Virus record (IMG/VR): IMGVR_UViG_3300022666_000341
Location: 1-31,433 of that record
Source: a virus
Taxonomy: Duplodnaviria > Caudoviricetes
Strand: one strand, 5' to 3'
DNA: 31,433 nucleotides
Shown here: in pieces, positions 1-8,433 of the stretch
Layout: each line of letters starts with the position of its first letter
Position numbering within the stretch: the stretch's first letter is position 1
The notes under the pieces: model-generated
What the model was told of the DNA's origin: nothing
Seen by the model: the letters and a program-made list of their open reading frames with translations, nothing else
Databases searched by the model: none
Position numbers and translations under genes: made by a program

Positions 1-45
1 ATGAAAGCGACCACTTACGAGACCGGAGGCAGGGGTCGAATGGAT

Positions 46-234
46 GACCACTGTGACAATAAGAGCACTGTGACAATTGTCACAGTGCTTTCCAATCGGG
101 CAGATTTGCCGCAAATGCTGACTACAAGACGCTTTGAACGGTGTGACAATAAAACCGGGCAGAAAATTGTCACAGTGGTACCCCGCAACCCGACCACTGT
201 GACAATTATAAAACCGGTAATTGTCACAGTGCTC
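46..234. repeat. Array of 7 copies of TGTGACAAT (mostly CACTGTGACAAT) in both orientations; putative operator/transposition enhancer
   Basis: Forward copies at 49-60, 66-77, 142-150 and 195-206; reverse copies at 76-87, 166-177 and 220-231. Includes the perfect 26-bp palindrome AGCACTGTGACAATTGTCACAGTGCT at 64-89. Lies directly upstream of the early operon. Confidence 0.85.
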
Positions 235-270
235 ATAGCGGTAACTGAGTTTTATTCGAAGAGGCTGAGA

Positions 271-612
271 ATGAGCAAACGTAAGATCAAGACGGTGTGG
301 CTGACCGTCGAGCGGACGGCAGAACTGATGAACTGCTCCACCCGAACCGTATGGAGATACGTAACCAGCCACCAGATGAAGGTATATAAGCAACAGGTAC
401 AGATCGGCAGCACGAAGGTAAGCAAGTCCTTCCTGCTGACAGAGCCGGACATCCTGCAACTGGAGATGAGCGACTGCGAAAAGCGGGGTATCCTGCCCGG
501 CAAGTTCGTGGAAGTGGTTATCGATGTGGATGGCAAGCTGATGAATAGTGCCTTGATCTACCAGTATGTCAAAGTTGAGGATCAGAAGGGTGGATATTAT
601 GAAGCCCTATGA
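271..612 (+). CDS. Small helix-turn-helix DNA-binding protein, first gene of early operon (113 aa)
   Basis: GAGG at 261-264 precedes ATG 271. N-terminal WLTVERTAELMNCSTRTVWRY is an excisionase/MerR-like HTH. The upstream extension to base 1 only translates the repeat array. Confidence 0.75.
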   Translation: MSKRKIKTVWLTVERTAELMNCSTRTVWRYVTSHQMKVYKQQVQIGSTKVSKSFLLTEPDILQLEMSDCEKRGILPGKFVEVVIDVDGKLMNSALIYQYVKVEDQKGGYYEAL

Positions 613-2719
613 CTTCAGTATAGAGGAGTACCGGGAGTTCTTGGATGAGCAACTGCCTAATAGGGGCAGGATGCCACTCTTGAACGAGCTGCATATCCGC
701 AGAGGCAGGAAGCCTAAGCAGGAGTCAGTCCCGGTTACCCGAATGGAGCATCCTGATCCCAGTCCTATATATAATGAAGAGATCGATGGCTCAGATAGCA
801 CTGAAAGTGTTGATTGTATCGAATCACAGACTCTCCCGGCAGTAGATAGCCAACCCGATCGGCAAGAAGCCCATATCGACTTCAGTCCGGATGATCAGAT
901 CTTCAGCAAGTATGGTGGCGAGGCGAAGCTGTATGGACACTTCTGCAATGTGGTGCTCAACCGCCTGGCAGACTGCGAGTCCAAGGTAGCCGAGTGGGAG
1001 ATGATCGCATCCGAATACAATAATGGCACTCTGGCACCTGAGCTATACAGACTAAGGGGTAAACGCACCGAGCGGGCACTGCGGCTCTGGATAGAACGCT
1101 ATCAGGAAGCTCAGCAGAATATGTATGCCCTGATCCATAAGAGCCGTAACAAAGAGCATAAACGCAAGGTTACCGATCAGGAGAGCGCTCTGCTGCTGCA
1201 GGTTCTGCTGCATCCTAACCAGGTAACGATCGGTTCAGCTATCTCGGCACTCAAGACCAAAGCCAGGATGGGTTGGATCGAGTCTCCCTCCAGTGTCCCG
1301 ACCTTGAGACGCTGGTGCACTGAGTGGGCAGAGGATAATCCTGCCATCTGGAATCAAACCCGGAAGGGCAGTAAGTTCGTAGCCGAGCATATCATCAAGA
1401 CGATCATCAGGGACAATATCCTGGATGTGGGAGAAGTATGGGTAGCCGATGGTCATACTCTGGCTTTCGATATCTACAATCCCAAGACCGGGAAAGCTCA
1501 ACGCATGACCATGATCATGGTGCTGGACTGGGCAAGTCGCTATCCGGTGGGTGCCTCACTCGCCTTTACCGAGGACAGCCAGCATATCCAGATCGCCTTT
1601 AGAAACGGCTTCCTTAACTGGGGAGCGCTGCCTAAGTATGTCTATCTCGATAATGGCAAAGCCTTCAAGAGCAAACTCTTTCATGAAGCCTGGGAAGCAC
1701 ACGATCTGGAGATCGAGATGGGTGGCATCTTCCCCAAGCTCAACATCGGAGCCCAGTTCGCAGCCAGCTACAATGCCAAAGCCAAAGTGATCGAACGCTT
1801 CTTCAAGACCTTCCAGGAGCAGTTCGAGAGGTTCATCTCCAGCTTCCGGGGCTCATGCATCGATAACAAACCTGCTCCCCTGATGCGTAACGAGAAATGG
1901 GCTCAGAAGCTGTATAAGTCTGTACCTCCCACTATCGAGGAAGCGATGCAGATGATCGGCTTCTATGTCAGATACGTATATGGCGAAACACCGCATGGTA
2001 GTTTAGGAGGCAAGACACCTTGGCAGGTCTTCAGTTCTGCCCCTCTGCCAGAGGACAGACTGGTGCAACCCGGCAAACTGAACTTCATGATGCTGAGTGC
2101 CGAACGCAAGGCAGTCCGTAATGACGGTATCGTCTTCAACAAGCTTCGCTACTGGCATCCTGCCTTGATCGACCTGGTCGGCAAGCCGGTGATCTTCCGC
2201 TACGATCTGGCTGAAGCGAGGTGGATACTGGTCTATGATACCAAAGATGTATTCATCTGCCAGGCAGAACTGAGGCAGACCCAGCATCCCTTCATCAAGC
2301 TGGCAATGGATCAGCCCATGGCGCATAAAGCTCTCAAGCAGGAATACACCTATATCAAGAAGCTGCAGCGAAACACTGAGCAACGCTCCAAGATCCTCGT
2401 TCAGAAAAACCAGGAGACGGTGGATGCTCTGCTTGAGCCGTATCGCAAAGCCATAGCTGCCAGTGATAACCCTACCTTTATCCAACCGCCTGCTCTGGAA
2501 GCACCAGAGCCCGGACCCGAGCAGTTCATCGCCAACCTGGAACAGCAGGTGACCAATCTTTTGGAAGACAGAGTTGAACCGCAGGTACCGGAACATAGCG
2601 ATAACCCCGATACGGATGGGCTGGGAGATGAAGATCGACCCTTCGATCCCAGTATCATCTTCAATGACAGTTTCTCGGAGATGCTCGACCGCATCGGCAT
2701 CAACCGGGCAAGTAAATGA
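599..2719 (+). CDS. Mu-like DDE transposase (MuA family), ~706 aa
   Basis: Catalytic motifs WVADGH, YLDNGKAF and KVIERFF; HTH-like RTERALRLWIERY and PSSVPTLRRW; Mu transposase C-terminal-like VRNDGIVFNKLRY...FRYD. SD-like AAGGGTGG before ATG 599 (the ORF track starts at 566). Confidence 0.93.
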   Translation: MKPYDFSIEEYREFLDEQLPNRGRMPLLNELHIRRGRKPKQESVPVTRMEHPDPSPIYNEEIDGSDSTESVDCIESQTLPAVDSQPDRQEAHIDFSPDDQIFSKYGGEAKLYGHFCNVVLNRLADCESKVAEWEMIASEYNNGTLAPELYRLRGKRTERALRLWIERYQEAQQNMYALIHKSRNKEHKRKVTDQESALLLQVLLHPNQVTIGSAISALKTKARMGWIESPSSVPTLRRWCTEWAEDNPAIWNQTRKGSKFVAEHIIKTIIRDNILDVGEVWVADGHTLAFDIYNPKTGKAQRMTMIMVLDWASRYPVGASLAFTEDSQHIQIAFRNGFLNWGALPKYVYLDNGKAFKSKLFHEAWEAHDLEIEMGGIFPKLNIGAQFAASYNAKAKVIERFFKTFQEQFERFISSFRGSCIDNKPAPLMRNEKWAQKLYKSVPPTIEEAMQMIGFYVRYVYGETPHGSLGGKTPWQVFSSAPLPEDRLVQPGKLNFMMLSAERKAVRNDGIVFNKLRYWHPALIDLVGKPVIFRYDLAEARWILVYDTKDVFICQAELRQTQHPFIKLAMDQPMAHKALKQEYTYIKKLQRNTEQRSKILVQKNQETVDALLEPYRKAIAASDNPTFIQPPALEAPEPGPEQFIANLEQQVTNLLEDRVEPQVPEHSDNPDTDGLGDEDRPFDPSIIFNDSFSEMLDRIGINRASK

Positions 2720-2744
2720 TAACGACTAAAGATAAGGAGATAAG

Positions 2745-3461
2745 ATGAAACAAGGTCAACTGATCAAAACCAGCAACGTCCTCAAAGCCGATGCCACGAT
2801 CAAGTTCCTGCTCAACCGACCTAAGCTGGAGATGGTAGGACTGGGACTGATCTATGGCAAACCCGGACTCGGCAAGACCACCTATGCCAACCGTATGGCC
2901 TTCAGTAACGGGTATATCTATATCCGGCTGGAGGCAACCACCACACCCAAGTCCTTCGCAGTGCAACTGCTGACCTCACTCTACCGACGTTACCACCTAG
3001 GCGAGTACATCCCGGTGGGCACAGCCAACAACCTCTTCAAAGCCTGCCTGCAGGTCTTGGAAGACCATGAAGACACCATCATCGTAATCGATGAGATCGA
3101 CTATGCCTTCCGGCTGCCCCAGTTACTGGGTGCTATACGTGATATCGTGGATGAGACCCTGACAGTGGTGATCCTGGTCGGGATGCAGAATGCCAAGGAT
3201 AAGCTGAACATGATCAATGAGTATTACTTTGATCGCTGCAACAGCTTCTGCGAGTTCGGTTCCCTGACCAAGGCAGATATCAAAGCCATCGCCACCTCGG
3301 TGATGGAGGTCAAGGTCAGTCCGGAGATGGCAGAGGTTATCTACCACCGCTGTGCAGGCAACCTGCGTAAGGCGATCAAGATCATGCACATGCTGGAGAC
3401 AGCGATCATCAAGCAACCCAATATCCCCCTCTCCCAGATCGACTTCCGGGTAGCGCTATGA
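2745..3461 (+). CDS. MuB-like AAA+ ATPase (transposition B protein)
   Basis: Walker A GKPGLGKT, Walker B IIVIDEID, C-terminal GNLR motif; AAGGAG RBS; directly follows the transposase. Confidence 0.9.
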   Translation: MKQGQLIKTSNVLKADATIKFLLNRPKLEMVGLGLIYGKPGLGKTTYANRMAFSNGYIYIRLEATTTPKSFAVQLLTSLYRRYHLGEYIPVGTANNLFKACLQVLEDHEDTIIVIDEIDYAFRLPQLLGAIRDIVDETLTVVILVGMQNAKDKLNMINEYYFDRCNSFCEFGSLTKADIKAIATSVMEVKVSPEMAEVIYHRCAGNLRKAIKIMHMLETAIIKQPNIPLSQIDFRVAL

Positions 3462-3961
3462 ACACTCTACAGTTAGTGGAGAACTTCATCGACCACTATA
3501 ACAAGCCCTTCTCGACAGAGACGGTGGCAAGCATGATCCAGAAAACACCTGAAGCGATACAGACTGTCCTGGAGTCACTGTTAGCGGATAAGCGCATTAA
3601 ACTGATCAGCCAGTCGGAACGTATCTATGCCCGGGCTAACCGCTATAATGCTCAGATCGGTTATCAGCACTATAAGGGCTGGACCTTTGACCAGGGTGCA
3701 GCCCATCAACTGCTCGATGTCCTGGAGCAGGGCAAGTACAAGTCCATCCGGGACATCGCACAAGCAGTCGACAGATCAAGACAATGGGTCTATATCTACC
3801 TGGAAGCCCTGGCATCTATTGAAGTAGTCGATTTGAGGAACTTTGTCTATGTGGTTATCTCCCGCAAGAACGTCCCCAAGATCGGCAGAAAAGTCAACAA
3901 AGGCATCCTGAGCATGCTCCGTAACCTGAACAAGGTGCACGGGCACAGGATAATCACTTAA
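3458..3961 (+). CDS. Hypothetical protein, probably tandem winged-HTH DNA-binding protein
   Basis: ATGA overlap with the ATPase gene; HTH-like SIRDIAQAVDRSRQWVYIYL and FSTETVASMIQKTPEAIQTVL. Confidence 0.65.
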   Translation: MNTLQLVENFIDHYNKPFSTETVASMIQKTPEAIQTVLESLLADKRIKLISQSERIYARANRYNAQIGYQHYKGWTFDQGAAHQLLDVLEQGKYKSIRDIAQAVDRSRQWVYIYLEALASIEVVDLRNFVYVVISRKNVPKIGRKVNKGILSMLRNLNKVHGHRIIT

Positions 3962-3992
3962 CCACCAAACCCAACCAAACGAGGGTATTACT

Positions 3993-4469
3993 ATGACGAA
4001 AGAACAGAGAGAACGCTACCTCCGGCAAGACATCCATGCCATGCGGGTCAAGAAGTTCAAGTGGTCGGAAGAGGACCTGAAAGGACTACTCAAGTACTTA
4101 GGGCTGGGCGACTCGCTTACCGCATTGGATGAACTGACCCTGACCGAACTCAAGTTGGTGTTGATGCGGGTTCGCCTCACTAACAAGCCTGATGAATACA
4201 CCTATGACAAGCAGGGCATGTATATGCATTCCCTGATGATCAAAGCCAAATGGGATGAGTACAAGCTCAGAACCTTTATGATCACTCATTATCGCAAAAG
4301 CCACTGGAACCTGCTATCCAAAGACGAACGCAAAGCCGTAATCGCCATGTTGCAGAACTACATCAAGAAAACACAAACTGATCAAAACGAAAACAACTCA
4401 AATGCAAATAGAAACGATAACAACTACAAGGAGACATCTAATGGAAACCCCCAAGACCCCCAAGCCTAA
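3993..4469 (+). CDS. GemA/gp16 (DUF1018)-like regulatory protein
   Basis: Two-repeat pattern IHAMR...LKGLL...DSLTALDELTL and LRTFM...HWNLLSKDERKAVIAML resembles Mu GemA; position is typical for Mu-like phages. Confidence 0.6.
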   Translation: MTKEQRERYLRQDIHAMRVKKFKWSEEDLKGLLKYLGLGDSLTALDELTLTELKLVLMRVRLTNKPDEYTYDKQGMYMHSLMIKAKWDEYKLRTFMITHYRKSHWNLLSKDERKAVIAMLQNYIKKTQTDQNENNSNANRNDNNYKETSNGNPQDPQA

Positions 4470-5064
4470 GAAGACTGCCGACCGCACCAAGATCGATGCC
4501 AACGGACAGAGCATCCCCATCTCGATTATCAAACCGGAAATCCTCAAGCAGGATGCCATCGTCAACAAGACCATCGAACGAGCCAAGAAGTTACAAGAAC
4601 GCATCATCAGAGATAAAGCCAAGCTCTTTGAAGAAGTGGAACTCTACCTGGAAGAGGTAGCAGAGAAGAACGGACTTCAGTGGAAGGGCAATGCCATCCT
4701 CAACAGCTTTGATGGAGAGAACAGGGTGGAGATCAGGTTCAAGGAACGCATCCAGTTCGGCATCGAACTCCAGCTTGCCAAGCAGAAGATCGATGAGTGC
4801 CTGAAAGAGTGGTCTGCCGACTCCAATGCCAACCTCAGAGCTATCATCGGTGAAGCCTTCCAGGTGGATAAGAAAGGCGAGATCGCCAAGTACCGTATCC
4901 TGCGTCTGCGCAGATACAACATCAAAGACACTGTCTGGAAAGAAGCTATGGAACTGATCGACCAGGCGATCCAGGTAGTATCCACCAAGCAGTATATCAC
5001 CTTCTATGAGAAGGATGAGTCCGGACAACAGCGTCAGATCGTGCTCAACTTCAGCACCCTGTAA
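4441..5064 (+). CDS. DUF3164-like protein of Mu-like prophages (207 aa)
   Basis: AAGGAG RBS before ATG 4441; motifs KGNAILNSFDG, LQLAKQKIDECLKEWS, AFQVDKKG and WKEAMELI. Confidence 0.8.
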   Translation: METPKTPKPKKTADRTKIDANGQSIPISIIKPEILKQDAIVNKTIERAKKLQERIIRDKAKLFEEVELYLEEVAEKNGLQWKGNAILNSFDGENRVEIRFKERIQFGIELQLAKQKIDECLKEWSADSNANLRAIIGEAFQVDKKGEIAKYRILRLRRYNIKDTVWKEAMELIDQAIQVVSTKQYITFYEKDESGQQRQIVLNFSTL

Positions 5065-5075
5065 AAGAATGATTG

Positions 5076-5111
5076 GTATCCTAATGCAAGTGGATTTGAA
5101 CTAAATACGGG
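5076..5111 (+). promoter_or_regulatory. Putative middle/late promoter element, copy 1
   Basis: Intergenic 36-mer with 23/36 ungapped identity to 18206-18241; both precede morphogenesis gene blocks. Confidence 0.4.
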
Positions 5112-5163
5112 AGAATGAATAATGACATCCATGAATACCAATACCGCAGAGGAGATAAAACCG

Positions 5164-5373
5164 ATGAGCGTCTTCAATGATGAACGCAACTACCGCACGG
5201 ATGAGATTGCTGATATCCTCCGGGTCGACCGCTCCAGTGTTTACCGCTGGATACGGGACATAGAGAACCCTCTGCCTGCTTTCCGCACCAAAGAGAATGG
5301 TCAATTGCGCTGCAAGGGCAAAGACCTGAATGCCTACTTAGACAAATACAAGGTAAGACCTGAGTATGAGTAA
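5164..5373 (+). CDS. Excisionase-like HTH protein, candidate late-gene regulator (69 aa)
   Basis: GAGGAG at 5149-5154 before ATG 5164 (alternative start 5122); YRTDEIADILRVDRSSVYRWI HTH. Confidence 0.8.
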   Translation: MSVFNDERNYRTDEIADILRVDRSSVYRWIRDIENPLPAFRTKENGQLRCKGKDLNAYLDKYKVRPEYE

Positions 5374-5815
5374 TGCACTCGAGTTCCGTATCAAGCGGGA
5401 CAACTGCAAGGAAGCCTATCTGAACGGTAAGACTGATCCCACTGAGCTGGCGGTGATCTTCGGAGTATCCGATATCACCGTCCGCAAGTGGATCAAGTCC
5501 GGAAAGTGGGATGAGCTATTCAAGGAAGAGCGTAAGCTTGACCATGAGATTAGCTTAGCCCGCAAGAGGGCACTCATCCAGGCACTGCGTGAATATGCTA
5601 AGAATCCTGCGGACACCGCTCTGCAGAGCCTGGTAAGCTTAATCAAACAGAACCAGAAAGACTCTGAGCCTGCCAAGGAACTGAACGACTACATTGTGCG
5701 CTTCCTGGATCAGGTAACCGACTTTATGATCGAGAAAGGGCATGAGACAATGCTCAAACAGTTCCAGGGCATCGTCCTTGACCTTGCTGAGTACTTAAGA
5801 GTTAGAAATGGATAA
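5366..5815 (+). CDS. Probable terminase small subunit (N-terminal HTH, DUF1804-like)
   Basis: AYLNG...ELAVIFGVSDITVRKWIKSGKWDE HTH followed by a helical region; lies just upstream of the large terminase. Confidence 0.65.
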   Translation: MSNALEFRIKRDNCKEAYLNGKTDPTELAVIFGVSDITVRKWIKSGKWDELFKEERKLDHEISLARKRALIQALREYAKNPADTALQSLVSLIKQNQKDSEPAKELNDYIVRFLDQVTDFMIEKGHETMLKQFQGIVLDLAEYLRVRNG

Positions 5816-5948
5816 TATTACAGCCACGGACATGGTTGCCTCCAAGCCTACAGACCTGCCTACCCTCCAAACCCAAACCTGCCAAGCGGAGCCGTCGCCT
5901 CCGGCTCCGCACTTTCATGGTTACCCTCCTACCACTGGTTATGTCTAA
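5808..5948 (+). CDS. 46-aa Pro/Thr-rich bridging ORF between terS and terL
   Basis: ATG 5808 to TAA 5948 (MDNITATDMVASKPTDLPTLQTQTCQAEPSPPAPHFHGYPPTTGYV); overlaps the terS end and the terL start by 8 nt each. Confidence 0.45.
   Translation: MDNITATDMVASKPTDLPTLQTQTCQAEPSPPAPHFHGYPPTTGYV
5886..5916 (+). terminator. GC-rich hairpin, possible attenuator upstream of terL
   Basis: GCGGAGCCG (5886-5894) pairs with CGGCTCCGC (5902-5910): 9-bp stem, 7-nt loop, followed only by a short ACTTTC. Confidence 0.4.
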
Positions 5949-7494
5949 GAAGTTCATTCAGCGGCATAACAAGGCACTGGCGGAGATCGCTTCAAAAACG
6001 ATCTCCGTCTTGCCTTTTATAGACGATAATCCCGAAGCTAAGACCGACAGGATTAGGAGAACCACCGCAGAGGGATGGGATGCCTTCTCATTCTTCTGCC
6101 ATACCTATTTCCCGCATATCTTCCCACTACCTTTTTGCCCAGCACATGAGACTATGTTCGATGAGACTGATAAGGGCTCAGGCATCATTGGAATCACAGG
6201 TTTTCGTGGGCTGGGCAAAACGGTACTCATGGGAGTGGTCTATCCGATCTGGAAGATCATTAAAGGTGAACGCTACGTAATCCATACTGCCGCAGACGTA
6301 GATCTGGCGCAGGAGAGAACTGCCTTCACCTTACATGAACTGCAGAACAATAAGCGGCTCACTATGGATTATCCAGAGCTGCAGCCAGTGGATGCCTTTG
6401 ATCTGGATTTCTATCTCAAAAATAAAGCCAGGATACGTGCCAGAAGTATCAAACAGAGCCATCGTGGAACAATCAATCCCAAGACTGCTAAGCGGCCCGG
6501 GCTAATCGTCTGCGATGATATCGATAAAGAAGAGAACATGGGTAACCAGTCCATTGGTAAACGTAGAATGGAGAAGATCACCCAGGAGCTTGCCGGAGCA
6601 CTCTCCCCCGAGGGAAATGGCAAGATCGTCTGGCTCGGTAACCTGGTACATCCCAATTACTCCATCTGTCAGTTTCAGGAGCTCATATTAGGCGATTTAC
6701 GGGCAGATAATCCAGAATTAGACGTAACATACAAGATTGCATTAAAGACGCACCAAAAAGCGATATTGCGCTTCTCTCTCGAAGATATGCATGGCAAGTC
6801 CATCTGGGAGGAGCAGTACCCCACTGCCACTCTTCCAAACCTTCGAGCCAAGTTCGGACATACCGGTTATCAGAGAGAGATGCTAGGACAGCCGGTAATC
6901 GAAGGTAACATCTTCAAGAACCACTGGTTCACCAAGTACAGAACACTACCGGAACCATCCCAGATGAAGCGGGTCTGGCTCTATGCCGATCCTGCCTGGG
7001 GAGAGAAGGGCTGTTACAAGGCTGTTATCTCCATTGGATATGATGGTAACCGTTTCTACGTGATCCATGTCTGGATACGTCAAACTGAGAATACCAAGTT
7101 CTTCAGATACTACTACGATGCCTATCAGGAATTGGATAGAATCTACAGAGTGAAAGCCAGGGCAGCCTGTGAGACTACTTATGGTCAAGCTCGTATCCTG
7201 GCAGACTTCGATCAGTGGGCACAAGACAACCACCTGCCACCAATAAGCCATCGTATCAAGCGTATAGATAACAAGGATAACAAGAACCTGCGCATCGAGA
7301 GGACTGAGACCATCATCGAGACTACCAAGGTCCTCTTTCCGGAGGGTCAGGATACTCCCACCCTAATATCCCAGTTCCTCACCTATCCTGATGGCTACAT
7401 CGATGGCTGTGATGCTTTGGCAGGATGCCTGGAACGGTTCTCTGAATACGATATCGGCAGGAACAGGGTCAAGGTCAGGAGATTCAGTTTCTGA
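5941..7494 (+). CDS. terL: Terminase large subunit (~517 aa)
   Basis: Walker A GFRGLGKT, Walker B RPGLIVCDDID, coupling motif WLGN, nuclease motifs YADPAWG and IDGCDALAG. ATG 5941 is preferred to TTG 5836, whose extension is low-complexity. Confidence 0.9.
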   Translation: MSKKFIQRHNKALAEIASKTISVLPFIDDNPEAKTDRIRRTTAEGWDAFSFFCHTYFPHIFPLPFCPAHETMFDETDKGSGIIGITGFRGLGKTVLMGVVYPIWKIIKGERYVIHTAADVDLAQERTAFTLHELQNNKRLTMDYPELQPVDAFDLDFYLKNKARIRARSIKQSHRGTINPKTAKRPGLIVCDDIDKEENMGNQSIGKRRMEKITQELAGALSPEGNGKIVWLGNLVHPNYSICQFQELILGDLRADNPELDVTYKIALKTHQKAILRFSLEDMHGKSIWEEQYPTATLPNLRAKFGHTGYQREMLGQPVIEGNIFKNHWFTKYRTLPEPSQMKRVWLYADPAWGEKGCYKAVISIGYDGNRFYVIHVWIRQTENTKFFRYYYDAYQELDRIYRVKARAACETTYGQARILADFDQWAQDNHLPPISHRIKRIDNKDNKNLRIERTETIIETTKVLFPEGQDTPTLISQFLTYPDGYIDGCDALAGCLERFSEYDIGRNRVKVRRFSF

Positions 7495-8369
7495 TGAACT
7501 ACTACGATAAGCTCATGCTTGAGTACTACCGGGTCCTCAACAATGCCTGGAAGACCGAGATCAGAGATGCTACCCGACTAGCCATCCAAATGTTGAGTGA
7601 CATTCCACGAGCTGAGAAGCTCAACCGGGACTCCATAGATAAGCTTATGGGCATCATCAATGCGCAGTTGGGAGATGACTTCGCAGCACTGGTCAATGAG
7701 CCCACCAAAGCGATAATAGACCGCTGTGTGCGGCTCGGACTCAAGGACACGCAAGTGCAAGCTCCGACCAAGACCAGCATCGGACTCTGGGGCATTGAAG
7801 ATCAGCATCTCTCCTCGACTATCCAGAAGCAGCAGTTGTTCTGGATCGGTAATCACTTTGAAGCCGATGTCCGGCAGAACTTTGCTAATACACTCACTAA
7901 AGCCATCGAGCAGGGATACACGAAAGAGATGCTGGCAGATACTCTCAAACAACAGTTTGGGGATATCGCAGAGAAGTCATCATATTACTGGCAGGGACTG
8001 GCAGAGCATACCGCCCTAAGAATACGAGAGTTCGGAAGGTTACAGGGATACAAGAAAGCCAAAGCCAGATACTACAAACTGGTGGTGATCCTGGATGATC
8101 GCACCAGCGACATCTGCCGGGCTCTGGCTGCCCAGGATAAGACATATCCATTAAACGATGCGATTGAAGTTATGGATAACCTCATGGCTCTGGATACCAA
8201 GTCCAACAGCTTGGATGATGCCAGAGACTACATCAAAGCCCTTGCACCCTGGATCAAAGATGATCAGATCGAATACGACTCAGAGATGAACCCAGTCAGT
8301 GTCTCCGGAGCGCATACACCGTTTCCACCGTTTCATTGGAAGTGTAGGACGAGCACCGTATTTTCTTAA
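7494..8369 (+). CDS. Head morphogenesis protein (Mu gpF / SPP1 gp7 family)
   Basis: Signature motifs ILDDRTSDICR and PPFHWKCRT; TGATG overlap with terL. Confidence 0.88.
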   Translation: MNYYDKLMLEYYRVLNNAWKTEIRDATRLAIQMLSDIPRAEKLNRDSIDKLMGIINAQLGDDFAALVNEPTKAIIDRCVRLGLKDTQVQAPTKTSIGLWGIEDQHLSSTIQKQQLFWIGNHFEADVRQNFANTLTKAIEQGYTKEMLADTLKQQFGDIAEKSSYYWQGLAEHTALRIREFGRLQGYKKAKARYYKLVVILDDRTSDICRALAAQDKTYPLNDAIEVMDNLMALDTKSNSLDDARDYIKALAPWIKDDQIEYDSEMNPVSVSGAHTPFPPFHWKCRTSTVFS

Positions 8370-8384
8370 TCTATCACTTTGATG

Positions 8385-8416
8385 TTGACAGTTTTCAATG
8401 CAATTGATCCTTTGCT
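8385..8416 (+). promoter_or_regulatory. Possible island promoter (perfect -35 box)
   Basis: TTGACA at 8385-8390 in the short intergenic region upstream of the brxP RBS; no convincing -10 hexamer at canonical spacing. Confidence 0.3.
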
Positions 8417-8433
8417 ACAAAGGAGAATTGTTA

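Noticed and set aside
46-234. Repeat array as a CRISPR
   Set aside because: Units are only 9-16 bp, occur in both orientations with irregular spacing, and no cas genes are present.
1-270. N-terminal 90 codons of the 203-aa ORF and the antisense ORF 15..236
   Set aside because: The repeated TVTIVTV and CDNK peptides are translations of the DNA repeat array. The RBS and HTH point to ATG 271.
599-3461. Transposase plus ATPase as Tn7/CAST or IS21
   Set aside because: There are no tniQ or cas genes, and the surrounding GemA-like, DUF3164-like, terminase and virion genes identify a Mu-like phage.
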